Made by a program: the position numbers and the translations under genes. Below are positions 41,501 through 54,370 of a stretch of DNA of 64,000 nt, one piece after another. The stretch is from the human T2T-CHM13v2.0 reference genome, Homo sapiens. Numbering within the stretch: position 1 is the first letter of the stretch; each line of letters starts with the position of its first letter. The notes under the pieces were generated by a model that was given only the letters and a program-made list of their open reading frames with translations, was not told the DNA's origin and searched no databases. The stretch is from NCBI RefSeq assembly GCF_009914755.1, contig NC_060945.1; one strand, written 5' to 3'.

Positions 41501-44500
41501 GGGGCATTGCAATGTATCTCTGCACTGATCACCTCGGTCTTGTAACTCTTTTCTAGGATCTGCGCAGAGGGTGCCTTGTGACGTATCCCAGCAAGGATTA
41601 CCCAGGTGATGTACCTCTCATCAAGGCTCTGCCTACAGGCACATTGCGATGTATCTCTGCACTGATCACCTAGGTCATGTAACTTTTGTCTAGGCTCTGC
41701 CTACGATGGCATTGTGACATATCTCTGCAGTAATCATCCAAGTGATGTAACCCTTGTCTACGATCTGCCTAAATTAACTTTGTGACATAACCCTGTACTG
41801 ATCATCCAGGTGATGGGGCTTTTGTCTAGGCTCTGCCTAAGGGGGCATTGTGACATATTTCTGCATTGATCACCCAGGTGGCGAACTCTTCTCTTGGATC
41901 TGCCTATGGGGGCGTTGTGACAAATCTCTGCACTGATCACCCAGGTGATGTAACTGTTGTGTAACCTCTGCCTACAGCGGAGTTGTGAGAGATCTCGCCA
42001 CTGATCAACCAAGTGATGTAACCATTGTCTAGGCTTTGCGTACAGGGGGCTTTGTGACATACATTTGCACTGATCACCCAGGTGATGTAACACATCTAAG
42101 TTCGGCCTAAAGGAGCTTTGTGACATATCTCTGCACTGATCACTTAGGTTATGGAACACTTTTATAAGCACTGCCTACAGGGAATTTTGACAAATCTCTG
42201 CACTGATCACCTAGGTGATGTAACGCTTGTCTACCCTCTGTCCAACGGGGCATTGTGAAATATCTCTGCACTGATCACCCAGGTGATTCAACTCTTGACT
42301 AGGATCTGCCTACAGAGGTTATTGTGAAATATCTCTGCACTGATAAACTAGGTGGTGTAATCCTTATCGAAGCTCTGCCTACAGGGGCGTTTTCACATAT
42401 CCCTGAAGTGATGACAAAGGTGATGTAACTCTTGCCTAGGCTTTGCCTACAGGGGACATAGGACATATATCTGCACTGATCACCCAGGTGATGCAACTCT
42501 AGCCTAGGCTTTGCCTACAGGGGACATTGTGACATATCGCTTCAGTGATCACCCATGTGATGCAACTCTTGCCTTGGCTTTGCCTACAGGGGACATTGTG
42601 ACATATCTCTGCACTGATCTCCCAGGTGCTGTAACATTAGTCTATACTCTGGCTACACGGCATTGTGACATATCACTGCACTGATCAACCAGGTGATATA
42701 ACTCTTGTCTAGGCCCTGCCTACAGGGGGCTTGTGACATATCTCTGCACTGATCACCCAGGTGACATAACTCTTCTCCAGGATCGGCCTACAGGGTGCTT
42801 TGTGACATATCCCTGCAATGATCACCCAGGTGATCTAACTCTTGTTTAAGCTCTGCCTAAAGGGGCATTGTGACAGATCTCTGCACTGATCACTCAGGTG
42901 ATGTAACTATTGTCTAGGCTCTGCTTAAAGGGGCCTTGTCACATACCTCTGCACTGATCACCCAGGTGATGTAACTCTTGTCTAGCCTCTGCTTTCACGG
43001 CATATTGTGACATATCCATGCGCTGATCACCTTAGTGATGTAACACTTGTGTAGGCTCGGCCTATAGGGGAATATTGACATATCTCTGCACTGTTAACCG
43101 AGGTGATTTAACTCTTGTCTAGGCTGTGCCCACAGGGGGATTGAGACATATCTCTGCACTGATCCCGAGGTGATCCAACTGTTGCCTGGTCTCTGCCTAC
43201 TGGGGACATTGTGACATATCTCTGCACTGATCTCCCAGGTGCTGTAACTTTAGTCTAGGCTCTGGCTACACGGCATTGTGACATATCACTGCACTGATCA
43301 CCCAGGTGATATAAATCTTGTCTAGGCTCTGCCTACAATGGCCTTGTGACATATCTCTGCACTGATCACCCAGGTGATATAACTCTTCTCTAGGATCTGA
43401 CCACAGGGTGCTTTGTGGCATTTCCCTGCAATGATCACCCAGGTGATATACCACTTGCCAAGGCTCTGCCTACAGGGGCATTGCAATGTATCTCTGCACT
43501 GATCACCTCGGTCTTGTAACTCTTTTCTAGGATCTGCCCACAGGGTGCCTTGTGACGTATCCCAGCAAGGATTACCCAGGTGATGTACCTCTCATCAAGG
43601 CTCTGCCTACAGGCACATTGCGATGTATCTCTGCACTGATCACCTAGGTCATGTAACTTTTGTCTAGGCTCTGCCTACGATGGCATTGTGACATGTCTCT
43701 GCAGTAATCATACAAGTGATGTAACACGTGTCTAGGATCTGCCTTAATTAACTTTGTGACATAACCCTGTACTGATCATCCAGGTGATGGGGCTTTTGTC
43801 TAGGCTCTGCCTAAGGGGGCATTGTGACATATTTCTGCATTGATCACCCAGGTGGCGAACTCTTCTCTTGGATCTGCCTATGGGGGCATTGTGACAAATC
43901 TCTGCTCTGATCACCCAGGGGATGTAACTGTTGTGTAACCTCTGCCTACAGGGGAATTGTGAGAGAACTCGCCACTGATCACCCAAGTGATGTAACCATT
44001 GTCTAGGCTTTGCGTACAGGGGGCTTTGTGACATACCTTTGCACTGATCACCCAGGTGATGTAACACATCTAAGTTCGGCCTAAAGGAGCTTTGTGACAT
44101 ATCTCTGCACTGATCACTTAGGTTATGGAACACTTTTATAAGCACTGCCTACAGGGAATTTTGACAAATCTCTGCACTGATCACCTAGGTGATGTAACGC
44201 TTGTCTACCCTCTGTCCAACGGGGCATTGTGAAATATCTCTGCACTGATCACCCAGGTGATTCAACTCTTGACTAGGATCTGCCTACAGAGGTTATTGTG
44301 AAATATCTCTGCACTGATAAACTAGGTGGTGTAATCCTTATCGAAGCTCTGCCTACAGGGGCGTTTTCACATATCCCTGAAGTGATGACAAAGGTGATGT
44401 AACTCTTGCCTAGGCTTTGCCTACAGGGGACATAGGACATATATCTGCACTGATCACCCAGGTGATGCAACTCTAGCCTAGGCTTTGCCTACAGGGGACA

Positions 44501-45700
44501 TTGTGACATATCGCTTCAGTGATCACCCATGTGATGCAACTCTTGCCTTGGCTTTGCCTACAGGGCACATTGTGACATATCTCTGCACTGATCTCCCAGG
44601 TGCTATAACATTAGTCTAGACTCTGGCTACACGGCATTGTGACATATCACTGCACTGATCAACCAGGTGATATAACACTTGTCTAGGCCCTGCCTACAGG
44701 GGGCTTGTGACATATCTCTGCACTGATCACCCACGTGATATAACTCTTCTCTAGCATCTGCCTACAGGGTGCTTTGTGACATATCCCTGCAATGATCACC
44801 CAGGTGATCTAACTCTGGTTTAAGCTCTGCCTAAAGTGTCATTGTGACAGATCTCTGCACTGATCACTCAGGTGATGTAACTATTGTCTAGGCTCTGCTT
44901 AAAGGGGCCTTGTCACATACCTTTGCACTGATCACCCAGGTGATGTAACTCTTGTCTAGCCTCTGCTTTCACGGCATATTGTGACATAACCATGCGCTGA
45001 TCACCTTAGTGATGTAACACTTGTGTAGGCTCGGCCTATAGGGGAATATTGACATATCTCTGCACTGTTAACTGAGGTGATTTAACTCTTGTCTAGGCTG
45101 TGCCCACAGGGGGATTGAGACATATCTCTGCACTGATCCCGAGGTGATCCAACTGTTGCCTGTTCTCTGCCTACTGGGGACATTGTGACATATCTCTGCA
45201 CTGATCTCCCAGGTGCTGTAACTTTAGTCTAGGCTCTGGCTACACGGCATTGTGACATATCACTGCACTGATCACCCAGGTGATATAAATCTTGTCTAGG
45301 CTCTGCCTACACTGGCCTTGTGACATATCTCTGCACTGATCACCCAGGTGATATAACTCTTCTCTAGGATCTGACCACAGGGTGCTTTGTGGCATTTCCC
45401 TGCAATGATCACCCAGGTGATATACCACTTGCCAAGGCTCTGCCTACAGGGGCATTGCAATGTATCTCTGCACTGATCACCTCGGTCTTGTAACTCTTTT
45501 CTAGGATCTGCGCACAGGGTGCCTTGTGACGTATCCCAGCAAGGATTACCCAGGTGATGTACCTCTCATCAAGGCTCTGCCTACAGGCACATTGCGATGT
45601 ATCTCTGCACTGATAACCTAGGTCATGTAACTTTTGTCTAGGCTCTGCCTACGATGGCATTGTGACATATCTCTGCAGTAATCATCCAACTGATGTAACC
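38570..45700. repeat. Sub-array (domain C): haplotype with GCCTTGGC, GGCCTATAGG, CTGGTTTAAG and CAGTAATC alleles; reappears at about 53.3-58.7 kb
   Basis: GCCTTGG occurs at about 38624, 40598, 42572, 44546, 54345, 56318 and 58291. GGCCTATAGG occurs at about 39111, 41085, 43059, 45033, 54833 and 56806. Confidence 0.8.
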
Positions 45701-48700
45701 CTTGTCTAGGATCTGCCTAAATTAACTTTGTGACATAACCCTGTACTGATCATCCAGGTGATGGGGCTTTTGTCTAGGCTCTGCCTAAGGGGGCATTGTG
45801 ACATATTTCTGCATTGATCACCCAGGTGGCGAACTCTTCTCTTGGATCTGCCTATGGGGGCATTGTGACAAATCTCTGCACTGATCACCCAGGTGATGTA
45901 ACTGTTGTGTAACCTCTGCCTACAGGGGAATTGTGAGAGGTCTCTCCACTGATCACCCAAGTGATGTAACCATTGTCTAGGCTTTGCGTACAGGGGGCTT
46001 TGTGACATACCTTTGCACTGATCACCCAGGTGATGTAACACATCTAAGTTCGGCCTAAAGGAGCTTTGTGACATATCTCTGCACTGATCACTTAGGTGAT
46101 GGAACACTTTTATAAGCACTGCCCACAGGGAATTTTGACAAATCTCTGCTCTGATCACCTAGGTGATGTAACGCTTGTCTACCCTCTGTCCAACGGGGCA
46201 TTGTGAAATATCTCTGCACTGATCACCCAGGTGATTCAACTCTTGACTAGGATCTGCCTACAGAGGTTATTGTGAAATATCTCTGCACTGATAAACTAGG
46301 TGGTGTAATCCTTATCGAAGCTCTGCCTACAGGGGCGTTTTCACATATCCCTGAAGTGATGACAAAGGTGATGTAACTCTTGCCTAGGCTTTGCCTACAG
46401 GGGACATAGGACATATAACTGCACTGATCACCCAGGTGATGCAACTCTAGCCTAGGCTTTGCCTACAGGGGACATTGTGACATATCGCTTCAGTGATCAC
46501 CCATGTGATGCAACTCTTGCCTAGGCTTTGCCTACAGGGGACATTGTGACATATCTCTGCACTGATCTCCCATGTGCTGTAACATTAGTCTAGACTCTGG
46601 CTACACGGCATTGTGACATATCACTGCACTGATCAACCAGGTGATATAACTCTTGTCTAGGCCCTGCCTACAGGGGGCTTGTGACATATCTCTGCACTGA
46701 TCACCCAGGTGATATAACTCTTCTCTAGGATCTGCCTACAGGGTGCTTTGCGACATATCCCTGCAATGATCACCCAGGTGATCTAACTCTTTTTTAAGCT
46801 CTGCCTAAAGGGGCATTGTGACAGACCTCTGCACTGATCACTCAGGTGATGTAACTATTGTCTAGGCTCTGCTTAAAGGGGCCTTGTCACATACCTCTGC
46901 ACTGATCACCCAGGTGATGTAACTCTTGTCTAGCCTCTGCTTTCACGGCATATTGTGACATATCCATGCGCTGATCACCTTAGTGATGTAACACATGTGT
47001 AGGCTCGGCCTACAGGAGAATATTGACATATCTCTGCACTGTTTACCGAGGTGATTTAACTCCTGTCTAGGCTGTGCCCACAGGGGGATTGAGACATGTC
47101 TCTGCACTTATCCCGAGGTGATCCAACTGTTGCCTGGTCTCTGCCTACTGGGGACATTGTGACATATCTCTGCACTGATCTCCCAGGTGCTGTAACTTTA
47201 GTCTAGGCTCTGGCTACACGGCATTGTGACATATCACTGCACTGATCACCCAGGTGATATAAATCTTGTCTAGGCTCTGCCTACAATGGCCTTGTGACAT
47301 ATCTCTGCACTGATCACCCAGGTGATATAACTCTTCTCTAGGATCTGACCACAGGGTGCTTTGTGGCATTTCCCTGCAATGATCACCCAGGTGATATACC
47401 ACTTGCCAAGGCTCTGCCTACAGGGGCATTGCAATGTATCTCTGCACTGATCACCTCGGTCTTGTAACTCTTTTCTAGGATCTGCCCACAGGGTGCCTTG
47501 TGACGTATCCCAGCAAGGATTACCCAGGTGATGTACCTCTCATCAAGGCTCTGCCTACAGGCACATGGCGATGTATCTCTGCACTGATCACCTAGGTCAT
47601 GTAACTTTTGTCTAGGCTCTGCCTACGATGGCATTGTGACATATCTCTGCAGTAATCATCCAAGTGATGTAACCCTTGTCTAGGATCTGCCTAAATTAAC
47701 TTTGTGACATAACCGTGTACTGATCATCCAGGTGATGGGGCTTTTGTCTAGGCTCTGCCTAAGGGGGCATTGTGACATATTTCTGCATTGATCACCCAGG
47801 TGGCGAACTCTTCTCTTGGATCTGCCTATGGGGGCATTGTGACAAATCTCTGCACTGATCACCCAGGTGATGTAACTGTTGTGTAATCTCTGCCTACAGG
47901 GGAATTGTGAGAGATCTCGCCACTGATCACCCAAGTGATGTAACCATTTTCTAGGCTTTGCGTACAGTGGGCTTTGTGACATACATTTGCACTGATCACC
48001 AAGGTGATGTAACACATCTAAGTTCGGCCTAAAGGAGCTTTGTGACATATGTCTGCACTGATCACTTAGGTGATGGAACACTTTTATAAGCACTGCCTAC
48101 AGGGAATTTTGACAAATCTCTGCACTGATCACCTAGGTGATGTAACGCTTGTCTACCCTCTGTCCAACGGGGCATTGTGAAATATCTCTGCACTGATCAC
48201 CCAGGTGATTCAACTCTTGACTAGGATCTGCCTACAGAGGTTATTGTGAAATATCTCTGCACTGATAAACTAGGTGGTGTAATACTTATCGAAGCTCTGC
48301 CTACAGGGGCGTTTTCACATATCCCTGAAGTGATGACAAAGGTGATGTAACTCTTGCCTAGGCTTTGCCTACAGGGGACATAGGACATATATCTGCACTG
48401 ATCACCCAGGTGATGCAACTCTAGCCTAGGCTTTGCCTACAGGGGACATTGTGACATATCGCTTCAATGATCACCCATGTGATGCAACTCTTTCCTTGGC
48501 TTTGCCTACAGGGGACATTGTGACATATCTCTGCACTGATCTCCCAGGTGCTGTAACATTAGTCTAGACTCTGGCTACACGGCATTGTGACATATCACTG
48601 CACTGATCAACCAGGTGATATAACTCTTGTCTAGGCCCTGCCTACAGGGGGCTTGTGACATATCTCTGCACTGATCACCCAGGTGATATAACTCTTCTCT

Positions 48701-51700
48701 AGGATCTGCCTACAGGGTGCTTTGTGACATATCCCTGCAATGATCACCCAGGTGATCTAACTCTTGTTTAAGCTCTGCCTAAAGGGGCATTTTGACAGAT
48801 CTCTGCACTGATCACTCAGGTGATGTAACTGTTGTCTGGGCTCTGCTTAAAGGGGCCTTGTCACATACCTCTGCACTGATCACCCAGGTGATGTAACTCT
48901 TGTCTAGCCTCTGCTTTCACGGCATATTGTGACATATCTATGCGCTGATCACCTTAGTGATGTAACACTTGTGTAGGCTCGGCCTACAGGGGAATATTGA
49001 CATATCTCTGCACTGTTAACCGAGGTGATTTAACGCTTGTCTGGGCTGTGCCCACAGGGTTATTGAGACATATCTCTGCACTGATCCCGAGGTGATCCAA
49101 CTGTTGCCTGGTCCCTGCCTACTGGGGACATTGTGACATATCTCTGCACTGATCTCCCAGGTGCTGTAACTTTAGTCTAGGCTCTGGCTACACGGCATTG
49201 TGACATATCACTGCACTGATCACCCAGGTGATATAAATCTTGTCTAGGCTCTGCCTACAATGGCCTTGTGACATATCTCTGCACTGATCACCCAGGTGAT
49301 ATAACTCTTCTCTAGGATCTGACCACAGGGTGCTTTGTGGCATTTCCCTGCAATGATCACCCAGGTGATATACCACTTGCCAAGGCTCTGCCTACAGGGG
49401 CATTGCAATGTATCTCTGCACTGATCACCTCGGTCTTGTAACTCTTTTCTAGGATCTGCCCACATGGTGCCTTGTGACGTATCCCAGCAAGGATTACCCA
49501 GGTGATGTACCACTCATCAAGGCTCTGCCTACAGGCACATTGCGATGTATCTCTGCACTGATCACCTAGGTCATGTAACTTTTGTCTAGGCTCTGCCTAC
49601 GATGGCATTGTGACATATCTCTGCACTAATCATCCAAGTGATGTAACCCTTGTCTAGGATCTGCCTAAATTAACTTTGTGACATAACCCTGTACTGATCA
49701 TCCAGGTGATGGGGCTTTTGTCTAGGCTCTGCCTAAGGGGGCATTGTGACATATTTCTGCATTGATCACCCAGGTGGCGAACTCTTCTCTTGGATCTGCC
49801 TATGGGGGCATTGTGACAAATCTCTGCACTGATCACCCAGGTGATGTAACTGTTGTGTAACCTCTGCCTACAGGGGAATTGTGAGAGATCTCGCCACTGA
49901 TCACCCAAGTGATGTAACCATTGTCTAGGGTTTGCGTACAGGGTGCTTTGTGACATACCTTTGCACTGATCACCCAGGTGATGTAACACATCTAAGTTCG
50001 GCCTAAAGGAGCTTTGTGACATATCTCTGCACTGATCACTTAGGTGATGGAACACTTTTATAAGCACTGCCTACAGGGAATTTTGACAAATCTCTGCACT
50101 GATCACCTACCTGATGTAACGCTTGTCTACCCTCTGTCCAACGGGGCATTGTGAAATATCTCTGCACTGATCACCCAGGTGATTCAACTCTTGACTAGGA
50201 TCTGCCTACAGAGGTTATTGTGAAATATCTCTGCACTGATAAACTAGGTGGTGTAATCCTTATCGAAGCTCTGCCTACAGGGGCGTTTTCACATATCCGT
50301 GAAGTGATGACAAAGGTGATGTAACCGTTGCCTAGGCTTTGCCTACAGGGGACATAGGACATATATCTGCACTGATCACCCAGGTGATGCAACTCTAGCC
50401 TAGGCTTTGCCTACAGGGGACATTGTGACATATCGCTTCAATGATCACCCATGTGATGCAAATCTTGCCTAGCCTTTGCCTACAGGGGACATTGTGACAT
50501 ATCTCTGCACTGATCTCCCAGGTGCTGTAACATTAGCCTAGACTCTGGCTACACGGCATTGTGACATATCACTGCACTGATCAACCAGGTGATATAACTC
50601 TTGTCTAGGCCCTGCCTACAGGGGGCTTGTGACATATCTCTGCACTGATCACCCAGGTGATATAACTCTTCTCTAGGATCTGCCTACAGGGTGCTTTGCG
50701 ACATATCCCTGCAATGATCACCCAGGTGATCTAACTCTTGTTTAAGCTCTGCCTAAAGGGGCATTGTGACAGACCTCTGCACTGATCACTCAGGTGATGT
50801 AACTATTGTCTAGGCTCTGCTTAAAGGGCCTTGTCACATACCTCTGCACTGATCACCCAGGTGATGTAACTCTTGTCTAGCCTCTGCATTCAGGGCATAT
50901 TGTGACATATCCATGCGCTGATCACCTTAGTGATGTAACACTTGTGTAGGCTCGGCCTACAGGGGAATATTGACATATCTCTGCACTGTTAACCGAGGTG
51001 ATTTAAATCTTGTCTAGGCTGTGCCCACAGGGGGATTGAGACATGTCTCTGCACTGATCCCGAGGTGATCCAACTGTTGCCTGGTCTCTGCCTACTGGGG
51101 ACATTGTGACATATCTCTGCACTGATCTCCCAGGTGCTGTAACTTTAGTCTAGGTTCTGGCTACACGGCATTGTGACATATCACTGCACTGATCACCCAG
51201 GAGAGATAAATCTTGTCTAGGCTCTGCCTACAATGGCCTTGTGACATATCTCTGCACTGATCACCCAGGTGATATAACTCTTCTCTAGGATCTGACCACA
51301 GGGTGCTTTGTGGCATTTCCCTGCAATGATCACCCAGGTGATATACCACTTGCCAAGGCTCTGCCTACAGGGGCATTGCAATGTATCTCTGCACTGATCA
51401 CCTCGGTCTTGTAACTCTTTTCTAGGATCTGCCCACAGGGTGCCTTGTGATGTATCCCAGCAGGGATTACCCAGGTGATGTACCTCTCATCAAGGCTCTG
51501 CCTACAGGCACATTGCGATGTATCTCTGCACTGATCACCTAGGTCATGTAACTTTTGTCTAGGCTCTGCCTACGATGGCATTGTGACATATCTCTGCACT
51601 AATCATCCAAGTGATGTAACCCTTGTCTAGGATCTGCCTAAATTAACTTTGTGACATAACCCTGTACTGATCATCCAGGTGATGGGGCTTTTGTCTAGGC

Positions 51701-52466
51701 TCTGCCTAAGGGGGCATTGTGACATATTTCTGCATTGATCACCCAGGTGGCGAACTCTTCTCTTGGATCTGCCTATGGGGGCATTGTGAGAAATCTCTGC
51801 ACTGATCACCCAGGTGATGTAACTGTTGTGTAACCTCTGCCTACAGGGGAATTGTGAGAGATCTCGCCACTGATCACCCAAGTGATGTAACCATTGTCTA
51901 GGCTTTGCGTACAGGGGGCTTTGTGACATACCTTTGCACTGATCACCCAGGTGATGTAACACATCTAAGTTCGGCCTAAAGGAGCTTTGTGACATATCTC
52001 TGCACTGATCACTTAGGTGATGGAACACTTTTATAAGCACTGCCTACAGGGAATTTTGACAAATCTCTGCACTGATCACCTAGGTGATGTAACGCTTGTC
52101 TACCCTCTGTCCAACGGGGCATTGTGAAATATCTCTGCACTGATCACCCAGGTGATTCAACTCTTGACTAGGATCTGCCTACAGAGGTTATTGTGAAATA
52201 TCTCTGCACTGATAAACTAGGTGGTGTAATCCTTATCGAAGCTCTGCCTACAGGGGCGTTTTCACATATCCCTGAAGTGATGACAAAGGTGATGTAACTC
52301 TTGCCTAGGCTTTGCCTACAGGGGACATAGGACATATATCTGCACTGATCACCCAGGTGATGCAACTGTAGCCTAGGCTTTGCCTACAGGGGACATTGTG
52401 ACATATCGCTTCAATGATCACCCATGTGATGCAACTCTTGCCTAGGCTTTGCCTACAGGGGACATT

Positions 52467-54370
52467 GTGACATATCTCAGCACTGATGTCCCAGGTGCTT
52501 TAACATTAGTCTAGACTCTGGCTACACGGCATTGTGACATATCACTGCACTGATCAACCAGGTGATATAACTCTTGTCTAGGCTCTGCCTACAGGGGGCT
52601 TGTGACATATCCCTGCAATGATCACCCAGGTGATCTAACTCTTGTTTAAGCTCTGCCTAAAGGGGCATTGTGACAGATCTCTGCACTGATCACTCAGGTG
52701 ATGTAACTATTGTCTAGGCTCTGCTTCAAGGGGCCTTGTCACATACCTCTGCACTGATCACCCAGGTGATGTAACTCTTGTCTAGCCTCTGCTTTCACGG
52801 CATATTGTGACATATCCATGCGCTGATCACCTTAGTGATGTAACACTTGTGTAGGCTCGGCCTACAGGGGAATATTGACATATCTCTGCACTGTTAACCG
52901 AGGTGATTTAACTCTTGTCTAGGCTGTGCCCACAGGGGGATTGAGACATGTCTCTGCACTGATCCCGAGGTGATCCAACTGTTGCCTGGTCTCTGCCTAC
53001 TGGGGACATTGTGACATATCTCTGCACTGATCTCCCAGGTGCTGTAACTTTAGTCTAGGCTCTGGCTACACGGCATTGTGACATATCACTGCACTGATCA
53101 CCCAGGTGATATAAATGTTGTCTAGGCTCTGCCTACAATGGCCTTGTGACATATCTCTGCACTGATCACCCAGGTGATATAACTCTTCTCTAGGATCTGA
53201 CCACAGGGTGCTTTGTGGCATTTCCCTGCAATGATCACCCAGGTGATATACCACTTGCCAAGGCTCTGCCTACAGGGGCATTGCAATGTATCTCTGCACT
53301 GATCACCTCGGTCTTGTAACTCTTTTCTAGGATCTGCGCAGAGGGTGCCTTGTGACGTATCCCAGCAAGGATTACCCAGGTGATGTACCTCTCATCAAGG
53401 CTCTGCCTACAGGCACATTGCGATGTATCTCTGCACTGATCACCTAGGTCATGTAACTTTTGTCTAGGCTCTGCCTACAATGGCATTGTGACATGTCTCT
53501 GCAGTAATCATACAAGTGATGTAACACTTGTCTAGGATCTGCCTTAATTAACTTTGTGACATAACCCTGTACTGATCATCCAGGTGATGGGGCTTTTGTC
53601 TAGGCTCTGCCTAAGGGGGCATTGTGACATATTTCTGCATTGATCACCCAGGTGGCGAACTCTTCTCCTGGATCTGCCTATGGGGGCATTGTGACAAATC
53701 TCTGCTCTGATCACCCAGGGGATGTAAGTGTTGTGTAACCTCTGCCTACAGGGGAATTGTGAGAGAACTCGCCACTGATCACCCAAGTGATGTAACCATT
53801 GTCTAGGCTTTGCGTACAGGGGGCTTTGTGACATACCTTTGCACTGATCACCCAGGTGATGTAACACATCTAAGTTCGGCCTAAAGGAGCTTTGTGACAT
53901 ATCTCTGCACTGATCACTTAGGTGATGGAACACTTTTATAAGCACTGCCTACAGGGAATTTCGACAAATCTCTGCACTGATCACCTAGGTGATGTAACGC
54001 TTGTCTACCCTCTGTCCAACGGGGCATTGTGAAATATCTCTGCACTGATCACCCAGGTGATTCAACTCTTGACTAGGATCTGCCTACAGAGGTTATTGTG
54101 AAATATCTCTGCACTGATAAACTAGGTGGTGTAATCCTTATCGAAGCTCTGCCTACAGGGCGTTTTCACATATCCCTGAAGTGATGACAAAGGTGATGTA
54201 ACTCTTGCCTAGGCTTTGCCTACAGGGGACATAGGACATATATCTGCACTGATCACCCAGGTGATGCAACTCTAGCCTAGGCTTTGCCTACAGGGGACAT
54301 TGTGACATATCGCTTCAGTGATCACCCATGTGATGCAACTCTTGCCTTGGCTTTGCCTACAGGGCACATT
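52467..54370. repeat. Variant HOR unit: 28-mer (1,904 bp) lacking the 69-bp monomer M3
   Basis: At 52591-52620 the M2 end (ACAGGGGGCTTGTGACATATC) joins the M4 body (CCTGCAATGATC). ORF-track spacing 52040 to 53945 is 1,905 bp = 1,974-69. A further 1-bp deletion lies near 54160. Confidence 0.93.
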
